Positions 57,587 to 64,000 of a DNA stretch of 64,000 nt are shown here, piece by piece. Made by a program: the position numbers and the translations under genes. The stretch comes from an uncultured Eubacteriales bacterium (GTDB lineage: Bacteria; Bacillota; Clostridia; Oscillospirales; Acutalibacteraceae): NCBI GenBank assembly GCA_965145485.1, contig CBCTCU010000001.1:60800-124799 (forward strand), read 5' to 3'. Within the stretch, counting starts at the first letter, position 1. Every line of letters starts with the position of its first letter. The notes under the pieces are model-generated. The model saw only the letters and a list, made by a program, of their open reading frames with translations. It made no database searches and was not told where the DNA came from.

Positions 57587-58741
57587 ATGCGTGAGTGCGT
57601 TGTGGTAGCGGCCAGGCGAAGCCCGGCGGGCAAAATCCCGGGGCAGCTTAATTTTATTACCGAAACGGAGCTTTTGGCCAGAGTGATGCGCGCCGCGGCG
57701 GGAACAGCCGAGGTCGAGGAAGCGGTCGTAGGCTGTTCCTTTCCCATTGAACGCGACAACCTGTGCCGCAAAGCCCTGCTTTCGGCAGGCTTTTCGGCAC
57801 GCGTCAATGCGTCCACCGTCAGCAAGACCTGCGCCTCCTCCGACGAGGCGCTGCGCATTGGCTATGAACGCATCCTGCTGGGGGAGTGCCGGTGCGTGCT
57901 GGTGGGGGGCGTTGAGAAGATCAGCAATTCGCCCTATATTCTTCAGGTCATGAAGCGCAATGTGAAACGGCAGCTGCGCGGGCAAACCCTTCACCGGGCG
58001 GAGGCCTTCGCCCGGCTGGAGGAGAACGATATGGCCTATTTGGCCGAACTGGCCGCCGACCGGCAGGGTATCGCCCGGCGTGAGCAGGACGATTTTACCA
58101 TAGAGAGCATCCGCCGCGCTCACAGGGCAAGCAGCGAGGGGCGTTTTATCGATGAGCTGGCCGAAATCGCCTATGAAAAGGATGGGGTATGCTACCGCCT
58201 GTGCGCGGACGAGCTGCTCGACAGCGAGCGAACGGCTGGGGAGATACGCCGGGCACCCGCCATGTTTTTGTGCGACGGGAGCCTTACGCAATACAACGCC
58301 GCCCCGGTTTGCGACTGCGCCGCGGCGGTGCTGCTGATGGAGCGGGCGCTTGCGGACGAATGCGGTTTGCAGCCCTTGGCGGCCATTCGGTCGGTGGTGC
58401 CCCACGCAACCGGCCGAACGGGCTGCTGCATGGAGGAATGTGTGGAAAAGCTGCTGCGAATCCATCGCCTGCACCGGCAGGATATCTCGCTGTATGAAGT
58501 CAATGAATCCTTTGCCGCGCAGGCCATTTCCACCATACGTGCGCTGGGGCTGGAGGATCGTAGGGTGAACGTGCATGGAGGGAATCTGGCGTTGGGTTAT
58601 CCCATCGGAGCGACCGGCCTGCGTATGCTGGTTACACTGGTTCATGCGCTCAGACAGCGGGGGGGCCGCCTTGGCCTCAGCGTGATGTGCGCGGGCGGTG
58701 CGATGGCCCAGGCTGTTCTGGTGGAGGCCATGGGCTCATAG
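57587..58741 (+). CDS. Thiolase-superfamily protein (acetyl-CoA acetyltransferase-like, divergent active site)
   Basis: Thiolase architecture: N-terminal VVVAARRSPAGK, nucleophile context VSKTCASSDEAL, NESFAAQ, a C-terminal NVHGGNLALGYPIGATG (Tyr where thiolases have the catalytic His of GHP), and SVMCAGGAMAQA. Confidence 0.7.
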   Translation: MRECVVVAARRSPAGKIPGQLNFITETELLARVMRAAAGTAEVEEAVVGCSFPIERDNLCRKALLSAGFSARVNASTVSKTCASSDEALRIGYERILLGECRCVLVGGVEKISNSPYILQVMKRNVKRQLRGQTLHRAEAFARLEENDMAYLAELAADRQGIARREQDDFTIESIRRAHRASSEGRFIDELAEIAYEKDGVCYRLCADELLDSERTAGEIRRAPAMFLCDGSLTQYNAAPVCDCAAAVLLMERALADECGLQPLAAIRSVVPHATGRTGCCMEECVEKLLRIHRLHRQDISLYEVNESFAAQAISTIRALGLEDRRVNVHGGNLALGYPIGATGLRMLVTLVHALRQRGGRLGLSVMCAGGAMAQAVLVEAMGS

Positions 58742-59196
58742 CCGCGACAGGCCGCCGGCGAGTGGGGAGAGCAGCGGCCTGCTCCGCCTATGGAGCAAAC
58801 CGTCTATCGGCGTTTCCCATCATTAGGAGGCGACACGATGTTGTCCGCGCTGGGCGGAGAGGGCAATGGACGTCTTACCCACCATGCCCCAATTTTATGC
58901 TTCCTGCGGGGTACGGCATACTTTACGGCCTTTGAAGGCTGGGGATGCAGCCGTGAAAGCCGGGCGGATCATGGGTCGTGTGGACACAGGCGCCCCGGCG
59001 TTGTCAAGCTGATCGGCGTGAGCGAGAAACGTCCTGTGCCCGATTTGTGCGCTGCCCGTGGGGGGATCGGATGCTGTGCCGTAAATCTGCGAAGGATGCC
59101 GCGGAACGCCATCGTAGCGCGGCTTGGCCCGGCATCCCTGTATGGGCGATCAGAGGGCTTGCGCGCCTTACCGCCCGCGACGGGGTGAAAAAACAC

Positions 59197-59517
59197 TTGA
59201 CATTGAAAGCCATGAGGATTATAATACTCTCAAATCATTCGATCATTGGAAAGACTGTGAAGGGAATAAGATCTCCAGCCGTGAGTTTCAGAGAGCCGGT
59301 GGATGGTGCAAACCGGTACCGTGGCGGACGATGCATAGCTCATCCCGGAGTTGCCTGCCCGAGAAAGCGTAGGGCAGGACGATTGATCCATGTTACGGAT
59401 CGGGCCTTGTTGGAGGTCTGAAAGAGGGCTGTCGTATTGTGACAGCTGAAATTGGGTGGTACCGCGTGGAGATTTCTCCCCGCCCCTGTTGATGCAGGGG
59501 CGGGGAGTTTTTGTTTT
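59197..59517 (+). promoter_or_regulatory. Promoter plus T-box riboswitch leader (probable Leu specifier) controlling leuA
   Basis: TTGACA (59197-59202), a 17-nt spacer, then TATAAT (59220-59225). Stem I has an AGAGAG bulge and a GGTGCAAACC distal loop. The candidate specifier is CTC followed by A (in ..ATAGCTCATCC..). The T-box sequence AAATTGGGTGGTACCGCG lies at 59449-59467. The terminator is CTCCCCGCCCCTG...CAGGGGCGGGGAG plus a T run (59476-59517). Confidence 0.85.
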
Positions 59518-59784
59518 ACCCAAACCGCATCCATGCCCTCCTTGTGGCGGCAGCATCCCGGTGGTTCGGCTGCTTTTGAGAAACAGGTTTGGGAGCAGCC
59601 CGTATCCGGCGGGGCGGCGCGTCTGCCGGGCGTTGGATGTCGCCCTCGGCACCGGCTTGCGGCCGCGCGGATGAGGCGCGCCGTATCAATCCTGTGGCAG
59701 GGCCGTTTGATTTCCAATGGTTTTTACGCGAGCCTGCGCCGGCATCAAGCCGGTGATGGCCATCAAGAAGAAAGGATGGGTTTT

Positions 59785-61491
59785 ATGAAAGCAAAGCACG
59801 AAAAGTACATTCCATTCCAGCCGGTGGATATCAAAGACCGCCAGTGGCCGTCCAAAGTCATTGACCATGCGCCGATATGGTGCAGCGTCGACCTGCGCGA
59901 CGGAAATCAGGCGTTGGTCGACCCGATGAATCTGGATGAGAAGCTGCTGATGTTTCATACCCTCTGCGAGATCGGGATCAAAGAGATCGAGGTGGGGTTT
60001 CCGTCGGCCAACGACACCGAATATGAGATACTGCGCACCCTGATTGAGGATCATCATATCCCCGACGACGTGACCATCCAGGTGCTGGTGCAGGCCCGCC
60101 CCCATCTGATCGAGCGGACCTTTGAGGCTATTCGGGGAGCCAAAAACGTTATTTTTCATTTTTACAATTCCATCTCCACCCTGCAGCGCAAGGTGGTGTT
60201 TCACACCGATATCGCCGGGGTGGAGCAGATCGCCGTCGAAGGCGCGCGCTTGATCCGCGAGCTGTCGCAAAAGGCGATCGACGGCGGCATGAATCTCCGC
60301 TTTGAATATTCGCCCGAGAGCTTTTCCGGGACCGAGCCGGATTATGCCGTACGGGTCTGCTCGAGTGTGATGAAAGAGCTTGGCTCCACCCCGCAAAATC
60401 CGGTCATCCTCAACCTTCCGTCCACTGTGGAGGGGAGTACACCCAACGGTTTTGCCGATCAGATCGAATATTTCTGCACCCACCTGCCCAATCGGGAGAG
60501 CGCCATCGTCAGCGTGCATCCCCACAACGACCGGGGCACGGCGGTTGCGGCGGCCGAGCTCGCGCTTCTGGCCGGGGCCGAGCGCATCGAGGGCACCCTG
60601 TTTGGAAATGGGGAGCGCACCGGCAACGTCGATCTGGTGACGCTGGCGATGAATATGTACACCCAGGGGGTCGATCCCAAGCTTGACTTCAGCCACATCA
60701 ACCATGTCAAGGAGGTCTATGAAAAGACCACCAAAATGAAGGTCGGCGAACGCCACCCCTATGCCGGTACGCTGGTGTTCACCGCTTTCTCCGGCTCCCA
60801 CCAGGACGCGATCAACAAGGGTACGAGCTATATGCACGAGCACGGCGGGGATTACTGGGAGATACCCTATCTGCCCATCGACCCGGCCGACGTCGGGCGG
60901 GAATACGAGCCCATTATCCGCATCAACAGCCAGTCGGGCAAGGGCGGCGCGGCCTATGTGCTGTACAACGAGTTTGGCTATAACCTGCCCAAGGCCATGC
61001 ATCCCGAGTTCGGCGCTGTGGTCAAGGCGGCCTGCGATGCTTTGGGAACCGAGCTTTCGAGCGAGCAGCTGTTTGAGCTGTTTAAAAAAGAGTACATCGA
61101 CGTCGACTCTCCCTACCGCCTCGAGAGGCACAAATTCCACGAGCAGTCGCATGACGGCGAGACTTTGGTCGATTTTGAAGGTTCGCTGGGCATCGACGGG
61201 CGGCATGTCCCGATTGAGGGCGAGGGGAACGGGCCGATCGACGCCTTCTTCAACGCCCTCAAGAGGGTGGGAATCCAGGGATACGAGTTTGTCTCCTATC
61301 ACGAGCATGCCATTTCTTCCGGTTCGGACTCCAAGGCCATCGCTTACATTGAACTCAAGAAGCCAGATGGAGAGAATATTTTTGGCGTCGGTATTTCCCA
61401 TAACATCAACCTTGCCTCCCTCCGCGGCGTACTCTGTGCGATTAACCGGGCCGAGCGGCAAAAGAACGGCCAGGGAAAGGCGCAGGCGTAA
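59785..61491 (+). CDS. leuA: 2-isopropylmalate synthase (long LeuA type)
   Basis: MKAKHEKYIPFQPVDIKDRQWPSKVIDHAPIWCSVDLRDGNQAL, HPHNDRGTAVA, and the C-terminal LeuA dimerisation/regulatory domain. ATG 59785 follows AAAGGA. ATG 59776 is the alternative. The ORF-track start 59452 runs into the T-box and is not credible. Confidence 0.9.
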   Translation: MKAKHEKYIPFQPVDIKDRQWPSKVIDHAPIWCSVDLRDGNQALVDPMNLDEKLLMFHTLCEIGIKEIEVGFPSANDTEYEILRTLIEDHHIPDDVTIQVLVQARPHLIERTFEAIRGAKNVIFHFYNSISTLQRKVVFHTDIAGVEQIAVEGARLIRELSQKAIDGGMNLRFEYSPESFSGTEPDYAVRVCSSVMKELGSTPQNPVILNLPSTVEGSTPNGFADQIEYFCTHLPNRESAIVSVHPHNDRGTAVAAAELALLAGAERIEGTLFGNGERTGNVDLVTLAMNMYTQGVDPKLDFSHINHVKEVYEKTTKMKVGERHPYAGTLVFTAFSGSHQDAINKGTSYMHEHGGDYWEIPYLPIDPADVGREYEPIIRINSQSGKGGAAYVLYNEFGYNLPKAMHPEFGAVVKAACDALGTELSSEQLFELFKKEYIDVDSPYRLERHKFHEQSHDGETLVDFEGSLGIDGRHVPIEGEGNGPIDAFFNALKRVGIQGYEFVSYHEHAISSGSDSKAIAYIELKKPDGENIFGVGISHNINLASLRGVLCAINRAERQKNGQGKAQA

Positions 61492-62062
61492 CGCGGCGTG
61501 ACGGCGTAAGGACCAGAGACGGATATCGGGGGAATGCTCGGCTGCTCGGATACCTTGGCTTCACCGCGCCTTGCGATGCTTGCCAAAGAGGCCTGATCCC
61601 GGCCGCCCTTCGATGGGCGGGGCCTCCGCCCGTGGTATGCCCCACCGAAAAAGCCATATGGTAAGGTCGTTCGGCCATATCCATGGACGGCGCATCCGCA
61701 GGCAAAATAGGGATCGGCCGTGCACAAGCGAGCTATGCGCTTACTGTTCCTTTTGGCACAGGGCGTCGTTTCGCGTTGAGGCCGTCCGCTGCGTATGCCC
61801 CCAGTACGATGCCTGCCTTGTTGGACAAAATGGGAAATCCGATTTGCCCGTGCCAATCCATTGCATTCGGTGGAGGACCTATCAGTGGAACAAAGCGGCG
61901 ATCCACGCCTGCCCGTCCGCAGATGATTGTGCGTTGGATACGGTTGCATGGAATAAGCCAGATATGATATCATGAATGGTAGAAAGAATTGCGCCTTGCA
62001 GGCAGGCGGCATGCTTGCAGGCGAAAAAAAGCGGGGCTTCCTTTCCCGCGCGAGAGGGTGAA

Positions 62063-63139
62063 ATGATGAAACAATATACCATTGCTTTGCTGGAGGGCGA
62101 CGGCATCGGCCCGGAGATCGTCGCGCAGGCGGTCCGGGTTTTGTCGGCGGCAGCAGAACGGTTCGGTTTTTCGTTGGATTACCGCCACGCCCTGCTGGGG
62201 GGCGCGGCCATCGATCAGACCGGCGGCCCGTTGCCGGAGGATACCGTGCGCACCTGCCTGTCGTGCGACGCGGTGCTCCTCGGCGCGGTAGGCGGCCCCA
62301 AATGGGACGCCTGCAAGGGGGATCAGCGGCCCGAGGCCGGCCTGCTTGGCATCCGCTCGGCCTTGTCGCTGTTTGCCAACCTGCGCCCGGCCAAGATTTT
62401 CGGGCCGCTTGCCAGCGCTTCCCCCCTGCGCCCCGAGATCATCGGCGATGCGCTCGACGTGCTTGTCGTGCGGGAGCTGACGGGAGGAATCTATTTTGGC
62501 GAGCGGGGCCGGTCGGGAAGCGGCGCAGACGAAGCTGCCTACGATACCGAGCGGTATACGGTGCGGGAAATCGAGCGCATCGCGCGGGTGGCATTCGAGG
62601 CCGCCAGAGGAAGAAGAAAACACCTCACCTCAGTGGATAAGGCCAACGTGCTCGAATCCTCCCGCTTGTGGCGCAGTACGCTGACCGCTCTGGCGGCCGA
62701 GTATCCGGATGTGACCTTGGATCATCTGTATGTGGACAACGCCGCCATGCAGCTGGTGGTTCACCCCCGGCAGTTCGACGTCATTGTTACCTCCAATTTG
62801 TTTGGCGATATTTTATCGGACGAAGCCAGCGTGATCAGCGGGTCGATCGGTATGCTTCCCTCCGCCAGCCTGGGGGAGGGGAGACTGGGGCTTTATGAGC
62901 CCATCCACGGCTCGGCTCCTGACCTTGCGGGGAAAGGCGTGGCCAATCCGTTGGCGACCATTTTGTCCGCCGCCATGTTGCTGCGCTATTCCCTGGGGGA
63001 GGACGAGGCGGCCGGCCGGGTGGAGCAGGCGGTAGTACAGGCTCTCGACCGCGTCCGCACGCCCGACATTTTGTCAAACAGCGGCTTGCCCGTGGTTTCC
63101 ACCGAAGAAATGGGAAGCCTGGTCGTCCAACTGCTGTAG
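62063..63139 (+). CDS. leuB: 3-isopropylmalate dehydrogenase
   Basis: [20 protein letters not shown] start, [25 protein letters not shown], and [26 protein letters not shown]. Confidence 0.92.
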   Translation: MMKQYTIALLEGDGIGPEIVAQAVRVLSAAAERFGFSLDYRHALLGGAAIDQTGGPLPEDTVRTCLSCDAVLLGAVGGPKWDACKGDQRPEAGLLGIRSALSLFANLRPAKIFGPLASASPLRPEIIGDALDVLVVRELTGGIYFGERGRSGSGADEAAYDTERYTVREIERIARVAFEAARGRRKHLTSVDKANVLESSRLWRSTLTALAAEYPDVTLDHLYVDNAAMQLVVHPRQFDVIVTSNLFGDILSDEASVISGSIGMLPSASLGEGRLGLYEPIHGSAPDLAGKGVANPLATILSAAMLLRYSLGEDEAAGRVEQAVVQALDRVRTPDILSNSGLPVVSTEEMGSLVVQLL

Positions 63140-63436
63140 CCGCTGTGGCGGCTTTGGGCCGGTATGCCTTGTGTTTGTTTCATCTCGCTCCGTTAACTTG
63201 GCTTGCGGGACGATGGGGCGGCCGGCCGGATGCCCCTACCCGTCGATCTCATTGTACTGCCCTGTTACGGATATCGCTCCGGTTTCTGGCATGCTCGGCA
63301 ACAAAAGCGGGCCTGGCGGCTTGGCCCAGGGCCAGAGCAGCCCTCCTATCCAACTTCACGCGGGCGCGGGAAAGCACGGACGGCGGGGATGTGAATTTGA
63401 TATATTTAAGGGCAAAATGATCAAAAAAACAATTTA

Positions 63437-63465
63437 TTGACTTTTAAAATAGGCTATGATATATT
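63437..63465 (+). promoter_or_regulatory. Sigma-A type promoter for the terminal partial gene
   Basis: TTGACT (63437-63442), a 17-nt spacer, then TATATT (63460-63465). Confidence 0.55.
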
Positions 63466-63537
63466 AAATTTGTGGGTTGGGGGAGACACCCATCGCAAAA
63501 AACGCAAGCCACACAACCTATCGCCGGTGCAAAGGGG

Positions 63538-64000
63538 ATGACACCCATTACAAAAAACATAGTTGTACTCGACGGTCAGGGCAACGTATTGGAAGCAACG
63601 TATTTTAAGCGAGCCAGAGGGCTTGTCAAACATGGCAGGGCACGCTTTGTGGACGAAAATACGATTTGCCTTGCGTGTCCGCCAAATCAAAATTTGGAGG
63701 GTCACAGCATGAATCAGGATACCATCCATGCAAACGATATACAGCAGACGGAAGCCGCACGGCCGGAGCCGGCCTTAACGATGGAATATCTGCTGGGCCA
63801 GATTGAGAAGGTGACTGCCCAGACCAATCACCTTCAGGAGGCCATCGCGGCGCTGCGCGACATGGGCGACGGGGAAAATGCCGAGGGGATGAGCGTAGGC
63901 AATACGCTGGGCCCGGCGAAGGCCGCAGCCATCGGCGACGTGGTGCGGTGTCGTGAGACGACCAACCAGCAGCTATTAAAGCTGTATGAAAAAATGTACG
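63538..64000 (+). CDS. Hypothetical protein (partial, runs off the window end)
   Basis: ATG 63538 follows AAAGGGGA, giving MTPITKNIVVLDGQGNVLEATYFKRARGLVKHGRARFVDENTICLACPPNQ, then a coiled-coil-like ...EYLLGQIEKVTAQTNHLQEAIAALRDM... The frame is open to position 64000. It is absent from the ORF track because no stop lies inside the window. Confidence 0.5.
   Translation, partial: MTPITKNIVVLDGQGNVLEATYFKRARGLVKHGRARFVDENTICLACPPNQNLEGHSMNQDTIHANDIQQTEAARPEPALTMEYLLGQIEKVTAQTNHLQEAIAALRDMGDGENAEGMSVGNTLGPAKAAAIGDVVRCRETTNQQLLKLYEKMY

Noticed and set aside
56954-58645. 563-aa minus-strand ORF
   Set aside because: It is antisense to the gmhB, hldC-like and thiolase-like genes, which carry clear family motifs. 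Its composition is Arg/Gly/Pro/Ala-rich and it has no motifs.
59686-61461. 591-aa minus-strand ORF
   Set aside because: It is exactly antisense to leuA, whose identity is unambiguous. It is a shadow ORF.

Overview
This is a high-GC (about 60% by eye) chromosomal window of Firmicutes/Clostridia type. That assignment rests on AGGAGG ribosome-binding sites, a T-box leader, a Cheo-type LexA box and Bacillus/Clostridium-like gene order. Most of it is housekeeping DNA in classic syntenies. These are rpmG-secE-nusG-rplK-rplA-(L10 leader)-rplJ-rplL, ktrBA, a TIGR03960/TIGR03936-type radical SAM pair, rplS-lepB-rbgA-rnhB-yraN, thrC, tig-clpP-clpX-lon-engB-lysA, yerC-methyltransferase-hslO, a split ADP-heptose operon, and T-box-controlled leuA followed by leuB. 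There are six tRNA genes: Ala(GGC) alone and a Val-Asp-Phe-Gly-Cys cluster. I saw no rRNA and no CRISPR array. The main accessory feature is a visibly AT-richer island of about 15.7 kb (about 35.57-51.3 kb) that begins right after the tRNA cluster. Its left end holds a truncated ParB-N-domain gene and its right end a multiply frameshifted large serine recombinase. Its intact cargo is all on the minus strand:
- a UvrA paralog plus a hotdog thioesterase
- a polytopic 4Fe-4S protein
- an 861-aa Cys-rich surface protein
- a DUF4143-type AAA ATPase
- a tightly overlapped five-gene operon of three flavodoxin-fold proteins plus two polytopic membrane proteins
- a roughly 250-nt GC-rich element bracketed by perfect 14-bp inverted repeats
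Just outside the island is a promoter with a perfect LexA box. It drives an orphan DNA-repair-type radical SAM gene that converges on a PD-(D/E)XK nuclease-XPD/DinG helicase fusion. Other oddities:
- SecE has an N-terminal membrane extension of about 175 aa.
- Trigger factor has a 3 x 25-aa Lys/Ala-rich tail.
- rplL is followed by ktrBA instead of rpoBC.
- The heptose operon ends in a thiolase-like gene with a Tyr at the catalytic His position.
- There are several long GC-rich spacers with no convincing coding potential.
All protein family calls come from motif recognition by eye, and no database search was run.
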